Shown: positions 27,829 to 38,118 of the stretch, one piece after another
Layout of the letters: every line of letters starts with the position of its first letter
How positions within the stretch are numbered: the stretch's first letter is position 1
Origin: Fidelibacterota bacterium
GTDB taxonomy: Bacteria; Fidelibacterota; Marinisomatia; Marinisomatales; UBA1611
Reading direction: 5' to 3'
Assembly (NCBI GenBank): GCA_028338895.1
Contig: JAOLAV010000003.1
Location: 2,598-66,597 of the forward strand
Length of the DNA stretch: 64,000 nt
Translations under genes and position numbers: made by a program
The notes under the pieces: model-generated
What the model was told of the DNA's origin: nothing
Seen by the model: only the letters and a program-made list of their open reading frames with translations
Databases searched by the model: none

Positions 27829-30800
27829 TTATTTTATCAACATTAGTTTTTTTGTTTGAATAAAGTCTCCAGAATGTAAAGTATAGAAATATACTCCGGA
27901 TCCAACATTTTGTCCTAATCGATCTGTCCCATTCCAAACAATTGATTTATAACCTGGTTCCTGAGCTTTATTTATAAGTGTAATAACTTCTTTTCCTAAA
28001 ATATCATAAATAGTTATATACACATTATTTTTGAAAGGAATATCATATTTAATTGTTGTGCTTGGATTAAATGGATTTGGATAGTTCTGGTATAGTGAGA
28101 ACTCTCCTGGCATTGGCAAGTAATTCAAACGATAGGAACCTGAACCAATGGTTTCATTTCCTGATCCTATAAAGCTATAATGGATAACTAACTCTATCTC
28201 GTGCTCTGGGGAACCATTAATATCAAACATGATTTCTTTTTCTTGTTTTGCATCTTCAGGAGTTATGAAGCCATTAAGCTGCATGAAAACCAGTTCTTCT
28301 CCAAATTTCTTTGATGCCACAATCTCATCATCCTGGCTTGATTTTGACTGATAACTAAATTCCATATTGTCTACTGGATATTCAATAGCGATCTCTGAAG
28401 CTATGCTTCCATCTGGCAATGAGATAGTAATCTGCCTACCAGATTGACTGATTTTGATCGGTGCTCCAACCTCACCTCGCATAGCAATAGTATTTGTTGC
28501 CGATGAATTGGACCAGTACCACATCCTACTAAAGGTCATAGCGTCTCTTATCGTAAATAGATTATCTAGTTCTGGAATTAGGTGTGGCATAGTGCCTGTG
28601 ACTGGACCTAACTCATAACCGGTATCATCGTTGTTCCATGCTGTTATAAATTGGACTAAGTCCATTACATCAACATTTAGATCATTATTATAATCGGCTA
28701 GAAGTTCAGTATAAAAAATCTGTTCCAGTAAAAGAGTATCCTTTCCAGAAACATCATTCACAGATGTAATAATGGAGAAGGTATCTAGACTAGCGAAAGG
28801 TCCTATCAGATCAATATTAACAGAGCTATCTAAGATACTAGTTGATATTGATCCAGAAAAATTGCCTATAATCGAAACCTCACCAGAGTCAACTTTTTCT
28901 GTAAATATATAACTTAGTGTTGGTGGATCAAACATGGATATATATGACTCTGGTGAAATAGTGCTGGATACTAGAGCCATATCCGTTAAATCTAGAATAA
29001 TACCGTCCGAAACGGAAAAAGTGGATACATTGCCTGCAAAATCTGTTGCTCGGACAGAAGTAAAGTATTTTTGAGCATCAATAAGCGATAATCCTGTTTC
29101 CACCATAGACATTGTATCTGGTTCAGTGAAAGTCCACTCAACAATTTCTGTGCCGTTCTCAGAAGTACCTATAGCATATTCAAAGTAATCTATTCCGCTG
29201 ATATCATCGCTAAAACCAGTCCAGGATGCTATTAATGTATCTGGAGTGGATGTAAAAGTTTCATCTATACCATGCCCATCGAATACATTACCATTCACTG
29301 GAGCGGTAAGATCAATAAGAACACCATCACCGCTGATGATCCCTGAAATATTTCCAGCTACATCAGTTGCTCGAACACTGGCGTAATAAGTAGCACCATT
29401 ATTAAGCCCCAGATCTAAAAGCGTATTTGTTAAAAAATTTGAATCGGATAAAACTGTCCAAGACACAACATCATCTATACCAGAGATAGTGCCGAGAGAT
29501 GTTTCAAAAAATGAAATACCTGAAACCAAATCTTCACTAATCCAACTGATAATAACTGTATCAGCTTGATTCAAATAATCTACATCAATTGAACCATTCT
29601 CTGATTCTATGACATCCGTAATGGTTGGTGGAATAAGGTCAACTGTAAGTCCGTTAGAAGAGCTATAGCCACCTACATTACCTACACTATCTACTCCACG
29701 TACGCTGATAAAATACTGACTACCATGATTAAGTGGTAATTCTTGAATCAGTATCTCTGTAGCTAGTTCTGCACTACTCCAGTCTAAAACATTTATGCTT
29801 CCTGATGAATTTCCAACAGCATACTCATAAAACTCAATTCCACTAAGAGCATCTTGAAAATTTTCCCATTTAGCTCCAAGCTCACTTGAGGAATTAACCC
29901 ACTCCACATCACCAAATAGACCATCTAGTACTTCTCCTGAAACCGGCCCTTGCTGGTCCGATACTACCCCGGTCGAAGTGACGACATCTGATACGTTATG
30001 AGCTTGATCAAATGCTTTTAGAGATAGATAATAATCTTGCCCATTATTTAAATTTAAGCCAGTAAAAGTAACCTGTGTATCTACTGCTACATCTTGCCAT
30101 TGGACTATGTTAGAGTTCCCAGGAGATGTTCCTACTGCCACATGATAATAAGCGATACCGCTCAGAGCATCGCTAAAACCAGACCAGTGGCCTTCCAGTA
30201 AGTTCTCTGAAGGCGTAAAGGTAATATCTTCATCAACTCCATCGGTTATAGTTCCAGCAATAGGATCAGTGGTATCAATAGTAATACCGTCGCTGCTAAT
30301 AGTACTAGAGCGGTTTCCAGCTGCATCGTATGCTCGGATATTACCATAGTAGATAACAGCTTCATTGAGGCTTAATCCAGTTATTGAGATTTCACTATTT
30401 GAACCGCTGCTAGTCCAAGCGACCACATTGGAGTCACCAGGAGTGGTACTTATAGAATATTCAAAAGATTCCAGCTCTCGATTACGATTATCACTGGCGG
30501 TCCAGTAAAGGTTGAATATATCTGTAGCTGCCTGCCAGTCCATATCCTCTTCCGGATTTCCATCCATTGGAACACCTACTGTGGGTTGCATAAAGTCTGT
30601 AGTGATACCGTCCGAGATGTATGAGGAGCTTTCATTACCTACAATATCCGTAGCACGAACTGAAATATAATAAGTTGTACCACTTAGTAGATCTAAATCT
30701 GTATGTGTAAAAAAAGTATCTAGGCCAACATCTGTCCAATCAACGATTTGAGAACCATCCGAACCATTACTTATAGCATACTGATAACTGGCCACACCAC

Positions 30801-32523
30801 TAAGAGGATCTGTGAACTGCCAGTGAGCAGATAGTACATCAGGAGCATTGGACCAATCTAAATCTTCAGTGAATAGACCATCAATAATAAAGTTGTTATC
30901 AGGTGCTTGGGTATCAACCGTTATTCCGTTTGTAGATATAACATCAGATGTAATACCAGCTTGATCAGAAGCTTTTACCGAGAAAAAATAGGTGCTTCCA
31001 TTACTTAAACTTAACCCATTAACAGTTATTGTAGTATCTAGGCCAACACTGATCCAACCGGAAATATCATTGATTCCGATACTGGTACCAATAGCGTACT
31101 CATAATGACTGATACCAGACACCTCATCACTAAAGTCACTCCAGGTAGCGGTTAATGCATTGCTGGTTCCAGTGAAAGTGAAGTCCTCTATAGTACCATC
31201 AATGACTGTTCCAGTGACAGGACTTGTTAAGTCAATCAAAATTCCGTTCCCACTTTGCACCTCTGATAAGTTACCAGCAATATCCGTTAATCGTGCAGAT
31301 GCATAATATGTAGAGCCCTCTTCGAGGGACAATGCAATTAACGTAGTTGATGTCCTGTCTTCTTGGTTGGTCCAATCCACTGTATTGGAATCTCCAGCAG
31401 TTGTCCCTAATGCAACTTCATAAAAATTGATACCTGAGCTTAAAGGACCTTCTATATTATCTGATCCAATCCAACCAATGGGTAGACTAGTAATATTATT
31501 ATGATAATCCTTATCGGTAGTGAAAGATCCTTCCGTTATGGCTAAAACCTGAGGAAGATATGTATCTAACATGAAACCATCTGATATGGTTGTGTCTGAT
31601 AGTTGATTATCACTATCGATTCCACGCACACTTACAAAATAAGTTACACCGTTCTGCAGATTTAAGTCAGTTAAAACAGCAAATGTATCGGTACCTACTA
31701 TTGCCCAGCTACTAGCATTATCCATGGAATCTGGCTGGGTGCCTACTGCAACTTCATAAGATACAGGTCCATTATCTATAAACATATCCCAATTAGCACC
31801 AATAGTAGTTGCTGAATTTGACCAATTTAGGTCACCAATTAATCCATCTCGTACTTCACCAGATTTTGGTCTTATACTAGCTAAAGTACTTTCATAAGCA
31901 CCCATATCTGGATTAGACCCTACTGGATTTGGACGTAGATTGCCTTGAATATCTGTAGTGGGTGCACCATCAGTTGTGCCAGCTCCTATTGCGGGGGAAT
32001 AATTGGATAGGCGGTAATCGCCGTTGGCAGCATCTACAAATAGTGGGTCGGAGTTGATGTTACCTTCGCCTTCAAAGCCACCTTGCAAATATGAGTAGGA
32101 AACTGAAACAGAAGTCTCACTATTATATGCTTCATCGATTAGGATTCCATTTAAAATAATACAATTTTTTATTATTTGGGATCCTATATTATCATTCCAA
32201 ATCTCAATTCTATTACCAATAGTAGAATTCACAATTTGAAATTGTGAATTATTATAAATTCGGAGTGCTTCATTATTATTAACTATCAATGAATTTTTTA
32301 TAGAGAAGAACCCACCGCTTAATTTCAATCCAACGCCATTATTATTTGAAATAGTACAATTGTCAATGATTGGAGAACCTTCAATATAAAAACCAGCTGG
32401 AGCAAATTGATTGCCTTCATTATTTGCTATAATGCAATTTTCAACGACTGCAGATCCATCGATAACAATTCCTCCAGCATCATCAAATTCCGGACTTACT
32501 GCTTTACCATTTTGAATGGTAAA
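27829..32523 (-). CDS. C-terminal part of the interrupted 3,256-codon T9SS protein
   Basis: The frame is open up to about 32550 with no real start; the track begins at a TTG at 32328. Contains the end of a beta-helix with a DPLFVDAANGDYRLS..DMGAYES cap. About nine modules of about 100 aa follow (W..F.D..SGI..YEYA.GT...W). Then a dockerin-like ADYNNDLNVDVMDLVQFITAWNNDD and an NYPNPFNPSTTIKY sorting domain. Confidence 0.85.
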   Translation of the reverse strand, partial: FTIQNGKAVSPEFDDAGGIVIDGSAVVENCIIANNEGNQFAPAGFYIEGSPIIDNCTISNNNGVGLKLSGGFFSIKNSLIVNNNEALRIYNNSQFQIVNSTIGNRIEIWNDNIGSQIIKNCIILNGILIDEAYNSETSVSVSYSYLQGGFEGEGNINSDPLFVDAANGDYRLSNYSPAIGAGTTDGAPTTDIQGNLRPNPVGSNPDMGAYESTLASIRPKSGEVRDGLIGDLNWSNSATTIGANWDMFIDNGPVSYEVAVGTQPDSMDNASSWAIVGTDTFAVLTDLNLQNGVTYFVSVRGIDSDNQLSDTTISDGFMLDTYLPQVLAITEGSFTTDKDYHNNITSLPIGWIGSDNIEGPLSSGINFYEVALGTTAGDSNTVDWTNQEDRTSTTLIALSLEEGSTYYASARLTDIAGNLSEVQSGNGILIDLTSPVTGTVIDGTIEDFTFTGTSNALTATWSDFSDEVSGISHYEYAIGTSIGINDISGWISVGLDTTITVNGLSLSNGSTYFFSVKASDQAGITSDVISTNGITVDTQAPDNNFIIDGLFTEDLDWSNAPDVLSAHWQFTDPLSGVASYQYAISNGSDGSQIVDWTDVGLDTFFTHTDLDLLSGTTYYISVRATDIVGNESSSYISDGITTDFMQPTVGVPMDGNPEEDMDWQAATDIFNLYWTASDNRNRELESFEYSISTTPGDSNVVAWTSSGSNSEISITGLSLNEAVIYYGNIRAYDAAGNRSSTISSDGITIDTTDPIAGTITDGVDEDITFTPSENLLEGHWSGFSDALSGIAYYHVAVGTSPGNSNIVQWQDVAVDTQVTFTGLNLNNGQDYYLSLKAFDQAHNVSDVVTSTGVVSDQQGPVSGEVLDGLFGDVEWVNSSSELGAKWENFQDALSGIEFYEYAVGNSSGSINVLDWSSAELATEILIQELPLNHGSQYFISVRGVDSVGNVGGYSSSNGLTVDLIPPTITDVIESENGSIDVDYLNQADTVIISWISEDLVSGISFFETSLGTISGIDDVVSWTVLSDSNFLTNTLLDLGLNNGATYYASVRATDVAGNISGIISGDGVLIDLTAPVNGNVFDGHGIDETFTSTPDTLIASWTGFSDDISGIDYFEYAIGTSENGTEIVEWTFTEPDTMSMVETGLSLIDAQKYFTSVRATDFAGNVSTFSVSDGIILDLTDMALVSSTISPESYISMFDPPTLSYIFTEKVDSGEVSIIGNFSGSISTSILDSSVNIDLIGPFASLDTFSIITSVNDVSGKDTLLLEQIFYTELLADYNNDLNVDVMDLVQFITAWNNDDTGYELGPVTGTMPHLIPELDNLFTIRDAMTFSRMWYWSNSSATNTIAMRGEVGAPIKISQSGRQITISLPDGSIASEIAIEYPVDNMEFSYQSKSSQDDEIVASKKFGEELVFMQLNGFITPEDAKQEKEIMFDINGSPEHEIELVIHYSFIGSGNETIGSGSYRLNYLPMPGEFSLYQNYPNPFNPSTTIKYDIPFKNNVYITIYDILGKEVITLINKAQEPGYKSIVWNGTDRLGQNVGSGVYFYTLHSGDFIQTKKLMLIK

Positions 32524-35500
32524 CCGCTGAGTTCCACAGATGATTCTAAATTATTTATTTTAATTACTGAACCAGCTTCGTTCCCATCAATAATCGTAGA
32601 TGAGATATATGAAGTATCTCCAGTTGTAATAAATAAGGAACCAACTACAATATTCTTTCCATTGTAATTAATATTTCCCGTGTACGTACCTGCTGAAACC
32701 AAGACTGTATCACCATCAGATGAAGCATTTATTGCCGACTGAATACTAGACATTGGTGAATCTAAAAACCCAGTACCATCCTGAGCTCCAGAAGTGGATA
32801 CATAATATTTTGTTTGTTCCAGTGGTAAGCTCCTCAAACTTTCATAAGCACCCATATCTGGATTAGACCCTACTGGATTTGGACGTAGATTGCCTTGAAT
32901 ATCTGTAGTGGGTGCACCATCAGTTGTGCCAGCTCCTATTGCGGGGGAATAATCGGAAAGATGATAGTCGCCATTTTCGACATCAACAAATAGTGGGTTA
33001 AGATCTATATTCCCAGTACCTGGATAGCCACCTTTTACCAAACTATGAATGACCGTAGCAGTTGAGCCAGAGATGTGACCCTCTTGATTACCAAATAATA
33101 CAGAATTAGTCACTGTACTTTCACCTGATGATGCCCAGGATGTATTACCAATATTATTGACAATAGTTGTATTTTTAATTTCAGCTTTATAAGAAATAGC
33201 GGCACCAGAATTACAATTATTCTCGGCAATTAAACAATTTTCAAAATACGGAGTAGGTGAACCAGCACTGAAAATACCTCCACCTTCAAAATTCGCACTA
33301 TTCTGCACTATTTGACAATTATAAAAGGAACCGACCTCGACATAGACTCCACCTCCTTGATGTCCTTCATTATTCGCTATAATACAATTTTTGACTATTC
33401 TACTATCCGATTCACTACCTTGAACGATTAGTCCACCTGATTTTTCACCACTACCCGAAGTCATTCCATTACGTAATGTAAATCCATCCAAAACAATGCT
33501 ATTCGCATCTTTCATTGTAATAACTGTCCCAAAAGAATTAGCATCTACAATTGTCAACTGAGGTCCGTTTAGAGACATCAACGTAATGGATTGATTCAAA
33601 TTAACGTTTTCAAAATAAACTCCATTATGAACTATCACTGTATCACCATCAGATGAAGCATTTATTGCCGACTGAATACTAGACATTGGTGAATCTAAAA
33701 ACCCAGTACCATCCTGAGCTCCAGAAGTGGATACATAATATTTCGTTTGTTCCAGTGGTACGCTCCTCGAACTTTCATAGGCTCCCATATCTGGATTTGA
33801 ACCAGCAGGATTTGGACGAAGGTTTCCTTCAATATCTGTATTTGGTGCACCTGCAGCTGTACCTGCGCCGATGGCTGGAGAATAATCAGATAGTCGGTAG
33901 TCGCCGTTGGCGGCAGCAACGAAAAGTGGGTCGGAGTCGGTGTTGCTCTCATCCCAATCTACGGCATCAGTAACGTAACCTACAGCTTCTTCGCCACCAT
34001 CAATATTAGTATAAGACACACTTACTGCTGATCCCGCAGTATTAATTTGCGAACCAATAGAAGCAGTATTACTCCAAAATATCGAATTTTTAATTGTGCA
34101 TATAGCATTACTAGTTTCATAATGAATCGCTCCACCTCTTTCAGCACTGTTATTTGCAAAGGTACAGTTTTTGATTGTTAAACTTGCTTGATAATAAGAA
34201 CGAATAGCACCACCTTCGGCTCCACTGTTATTATTAAAAATGCAATTTTCTAGGGTGAGAGATGCTTTATGATATATTCCTCCAGTATTAGGTGAAGAAT
34301 TATTTGCAATTATTGAATTTTTTATTGTCAGATTATTATTGTGCATAGCGTAAATACCACCACCATAACTACCGCTACTATTATATACTATTTCGCAATT
34401 TTCTATGGTGACAGATGCATTGTTTTCATTTCTTATCATTACACCACCACCACCACTTCCTCCGGCCCCAGTACCATCAATATTTAACGGCGAATGATTA
34501 TCTATTATTTTACATCTTTTAATTCTGACTGTAGTCCCATCGATTGCAATACCTCCACCATATGCATGTTTACCATTTTGAATGGTAAGACCGCTGAGTT
34601 CCACAGATGATTCTAAATTATTTATTTTAATTACTGAACCAGCTTCGTTCCCATCAATAATCGTGGATGAGATATATGAAGTATCTCCAGTTGTAATAAA
34701 TAAGGAACCAACTACAATATTCTTTCCATTGTAATTAATATTTTCCGTGTACGTACCTGCTGAAACCAAGACTGTATCACCATCAGATGAAGCATCTATA
34801 GCTGCTTGAATAGATGAGAATGGTAATAATTCAGATCCATCATTATCATCCGATCCATTTGTAGAAACATTCCAAACCGGACCTGCATATAGTGGAATGA
34901 TTGCTGTGGAGAACCAACTTTGATATCCTTCCACCTGATCATCGGTGCCATCAATATTCCCATCATAAGAGGTGATTGATATACTACTATTTATATTTAC
35001 GCCTGAAAGCATGTAAGTGGTTACATTGCCGAGATCGGTATTGGTGGTATATGAATAGCCGGTAAAATTTCCATAGTGTATCTTGTAGCCAGCCACATCG
35101 CTTTCGGGGTTGGCGTCCCAAGTCAGGATAATGTCATTTCCAGATAATTGTTTAGTTACATTAGCTGGTGGGAGAATCGGAGCATCAATATTTGGAACTT
35201 CTAAATACGATGTGATATTAGTAAAATTATTAACAGTGTCACCTTGTCCATTAAAATTTTGTATTTGGTGATACGGTCCGGAAGTATCACCCCACCAATT
35301 ATCAGTTGCACTAGTAGTGTAAGAGGGTTCATTATTGATTATTGCAGAACCATTTTGAAAAAAGTTTGAATTTTGAAAAATTGGTGAATTTTCAGATTCA
35401 ACATGAACCGCATCACCTATATTTGATCCAGCTGCACCAGCTTTATTGTGACTAAAGGTTGTATTATCCACGATTGGATCCCAACCACTTGACATATCTG

Positions 35501-37598
35501 CACTATATATTGCTCCACCTTTAATTGATGCAATATTTTTATAAAACAGATTTCTATCAATATCAACCCAGCCCGGAAAACCAGGGACACTTATTGCACC
35601 CCCCTGTTGTGCCGAATTAGATACAAAGATATTGTTGATCAGATCTACATCAGTTGAAGCATATATGGCACCAGCATCTGATTGTATGCTCTGATTATTA
35701 ATAAATCTTGAATTCTTTATTTCAGAGTTATTGGCATATGCCATATAGATACCACCTCCGTCCATGGTACTTTGGTTATTAATAAACAGAGTACTATCTA
35801 CAAATTGAGATTCAGAATTCTGAAAAGCCATTGCTCCACCATAATTAGCAATATTGTTCTCAAATATTGAATTAATTATGGTGGCTCTTCTTTCTAGATT
35901 GCCTGCATACATTACCATTAAACCACCGCCCCTACCTGCGGAATTGTTATCCTTAAACTTTGTATTATAAATAGTAGGACCTTTACCTCTAGCGAATAAT
36001 GCCCCACCCCCATTTTCCCACCCGTTTTCTGTAACAGAATTATTTTGAAATAAACTTTTTTGAATAATTATTTCAGAATATATACTGTAAATACCGCCTC
36101 CATTATTATCTGCTGTATTACCATTAATATCCATATTGAATATTTGTAATTCAGTATAATTTTCATAAGTACCTACAACATACATTGCACCACCGCTTGA
36201 GGCACTTCCGTTAGTTAAGGTGAACCCTTTGATAATTGTGGTATGGTCAATTGTTGAATTCTGCGGATTGACATAGATTACATTACCTGAAGCATTGCCA
36301 TCGATAGTTGTATTACTAGAGTCACCAGCACTAAATAATTTTAAACCATCTTTATCGGGCCAAAATATATTTTCAGTGTAAGTGCCTGGTTGAACCAATA
36401 TAGTGTCACCAATATTGGATGTATTAAGGCCATGTTGAATTGTCGCAAAAGGGTTGCCGATCGAGCCATCTCCAGATTCATTTGATCCATATGTTGCGAT
36501 ATTTATTGATAAAGCATTTGGATAAAATGGGGGAAAGATAAACATCTGGAGAGTATAAGTGTATTGTCCTGTTGTGGATATCAATTCAAATTTCCCATCT
36601 TGATCAACATCAAAAAATCTCGAAGGTGAATTAAATGTGGAGCCATCAAACAATACATTTTCTATAAAGCTGCCAAAACCATCATTTTCTAGTAATATAA
36701 TGTCAAGGCCTTCTCCACTGTATGCAATATCTAAATCGCCATCATCATCAAAATCTATAACATCAATTATATATGGGTACCCACTTGTATGTGTGGAAAT
36801 GATTTCTCTAGAAAAATTTTCGTTTCCATCGTTTACAAGAATATTTAGTGTAATATCAAACCTGTCCCAAATAATAATATCTATATCATCGTCGCCATCA
36901 AAATCAGCTGTATTCAGTACCCATGCATCTCCCAAATCTGTGTAAATATCAACAGCAGAAAAGGCGAAAGAACCATCATTGTAAAACAAAGTTACAATAT
37001 CATCAACAGAAGAAGAAGAAACAATATCTTTATAACCATCATTATCAAAATCATAAATAGCTAAGTCGTATAAGTTTTGATTTTCTGAAAATGTATACAA
37101 TGTGAAATTACCACCTGAATCATTTTCATAAATAAAACCATGTCCATCATGATCACATATTGCAATATCTATATCACCATCATTGTCCAGATCAACGATT
37201 TCAACATCATTTGGTCTTAAAGTTGAAATTGTATCCACCTCAGAGAAATTCCCTAAACCATCATTTTCAATCCAAACTAAGCCTGGTGACCAAAAGGTTC
37301 CAATTAAAATGTCAAGAGCATTATCATTATTAAGATCAATAAGATATATACCAGTCCCATAATTTACTGTAATAATCTCAATAACCTCATCATAGGTACC
37401 ATTATTATTAATGGCGAGTAAAATTTTATTAAGTCCCTCTATAAATAATATATCATTATCACCATCTGCATCCACATCTCCCATAACCGTATTGAATATG
37501 CTTTCTTCTGATGTTAATAAAGAGGTCATCCGGCTAGGTGTTTGAGCAAGTCCGACAGTGATTAAAATAGTAATTAATAATATGTCTCTAATTTGCAT
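32496..37598 (-). CDS. N-terminal part of the interrupted giant T9SS protein
   Basis: Signal peptide. FG-GAP/VCBS-like DxDxDG repeats. Pmp-type GGAI/FxxN beta-helix repeats. An FN3 module. Three further beta-helix modules, two of them ending in PLFV..NGDY.LS.YSPAIGAG...GNLRPNP.GSNPDMGAYES caps. Terminates prematurely at ...ELSGLPFKMVKQ* because of a 1-nt deletion. Confidence 0.85.
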   Translation of the reverse strand: MQIRDILLITILITVGLAQTPSRMTSLLTSEESIFNTVMGDVDADGDNDILFIEGLNKILLAINNNGTYDEVIEIITVNYGTGIYLIDLNNDNALDILIGTFWSPGLVWIENDGLGNFSEVDTISTLRPNDVEIVDLDNDGDIDIAICDHDGHGFIYENDSGGNFTLYTFSENQNLYDLAIYDFDNDGYKDIVSSSSVDDIVTLFYNDGSFAFSAVDIYTDLGDAWVLNTADFDGDDDIDIIIWDRFDITLNILVNDGNENFSREIISTHTSGYPYIIDVIDFDDDGDLDIAYSGEGLDIILLENDGFGSFIENVLFDGSTFNSPSRFFDVDQDGKFELISTTGQYTYTLQMFIFPPFYPNALSINIATYGSNESGDGSIGNPFATIQHGLNTSNIGDTILVQPGTYTENIFWPDKDGLKLFSAGDSSNTTIDGNASGNVIYVNPQNSTIDHTTIIKGFTLTNGSASSGGAMYVVGTYENYTELQIFNMDINGNTADNNGGGIYSIYSEIIIQKSLFQNNSVTENGWENGGGALFARGKGPTIYNTKFKDNNSAGRGGGLMVMYAGNLERRATIINSIFENNIANYGGAMAFQNSESQFVDSTLFINNQSTMDGGGIYMAYANNSEIKNSRFINNQSIQSDAGAIYASTDVDLINNIFVSNSAQQGGAISVPGFPGWVDIDRNLFYKNIASIKGGAIYSADMSSGWDPIVDNTTFSHNKAGAAGSNIGDAVHVESENSPIFQNSNFFQNGSAIINNEPSYTTSATDNWWGDTSGPYHQIQNFNGQGDTVNNFTNITSYLEVPNIDAPILPPANVTKQLSGNDIILTWDANPESDVAGYKIHYGNFTGYSYTTNTDLGNVTTYMLSGVNINSSISITSYDGNIDGTDDQVEGYQSWFSTAIIPLYAGPVWNVSTNGSDDNDGSELLPFSSIQAAIDASSDGDTVLVSAGTYTENINYNGKNIVVGSLFITTGDTSYISSTIIDGNEAGSVIKINNLESSVELSGLTIQNGKHAYGGGIAIDGTTVRIKRCKIIDNHSPLNIDGTGAGGSGGGGVMIRNENNASVTIENCEIVYNSSGSYGGGIYAMHNNNLTIKNSIIANNSSPNTGGIYHKASLTLENCIFNNNSGAEGGAIRSYYQASLTIKNCTFANNSAERGGAIHYETSNAICTIKNSIFWSNTASIGSQINTAGSAVSVSYTNIDGGEEAVGYVTDAVDWDESNTDSDPLFVAAANGDYRLSDYSPAIGAGTAAGAPNTDIEGNLRPNPAGSNPDMGAYESSRSVPLEQTKYYVSTSGAQDGTGFLDSPMSSIQSAINASSDGDTVIVHNGVYFENVNLNQSITLMSLNGPQLTIVDANSFGTVITMKDANSIVLDGFTLRNGMTSGSGEKSGGLIVQGSESDSRIVKNCIIANNEGHQGGGVYVEVGSFYNCQIVQNSANFEGGGIFSAGSPTPYFENCLIAENNCNSGAAISYKAEIKNTTIVNNIGNTSWASSGESTVTNSVLFGNQEGHISGSTATVIHSLVKGGYPGTGNIDLNPLFVDVENGDYHLSDYSPAIGAGTTDGAPTTDIQGNLRPNPVGSNPDMGAYESLRSLPLEQTKYYVSTSGAQDGTGFLDSPMSSIQSAINASSDGDTVLVSAGTYTGNINYNGKNIVVGSLFITTGDTSYISSTIIDGNEAGSVIKINNLESSVELSGLPFKMVKQ

Positions 37599-38118
37599 TC
37601 ACAACTCCTTGCGCAAAGCCCTTGATCTCAATCAGGTTATCATCAGGATCTAACATTTCACTTTCATTCATAAAATCAATTGTACTAGATCCAATACTTA
37701 TTGTTGAAAAGATTAATTCTGCGATCTTTAAATTCCCATCAACACTACCCGAATCGGCACTCATATAAACTGAGGATATTTCTATACGCCCTGGTGTATC
37801 TGTATCTGTAAAAAATAATGGATTAGTTCCATCTGCTAAGGATCCATTGTTTAGATTTTGAAGTGATAGTTTAGTCTCATCATATTCAATAAGAACATTT
37901 ACTCCTCTAAGATTTTCTACACCCATCGCATAAATCTGAGTTTGGAATGATTGACCAAGGCTAACATCGAATAAAGAAGGATAAAAAACAAAGGCAGGTA
38001 CATCATAGTCTACTTGATTTTCATCCAATGGATTATCAAGCAAGTCATCTACACCTGTTACATCATTTTCGCAGCTAAGAAAAAAGAAAACAAATAATAT
38101 AGAAAAGAAATATTTCAT
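37588..38118 (-). CDS. Cohesin-like domain lipoprotein
   Basis: Start at MKYFFSILFVFFFLSCEND (lipobox); TAATG overlap with the upstream stop. Body FDVSLGQSFQTQIYAMGVENLRGVNVLIEYDETKLSL...GRIEISSVY...GNLKIAELIFSTISIGSSTIDF fits the cohesin beta-sandwich pattern. The 3' end overlaps the giant gene start by 11 nt. Confidence 0.6.
   Translation of the reverse strand: MKYFFSILFVFFFLSCENDVTGVDDLLDNPLDENQVDYDVPAFVFYPSLFDVSLGQSFQTQIYAMGVENLRGVNVLIEYDETKLSLQNLNNGSLADGTNPLFFTDTDTPGRIEISSVYMSADSGSVDGNLKIAELIFSTISIGSSTIDFMNESEMLDPDDNLIEIKGFAQGVVNAN

Noticed and set aside
32407-36945. Short ORFs at 32407, 33686, 33695 and 36637 overlapping the island giant gene
   Set aside because: Shadow or antisense ORFs within a long coding frame. 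The one at 32407 spans the frameshift junction on the opposite strand.
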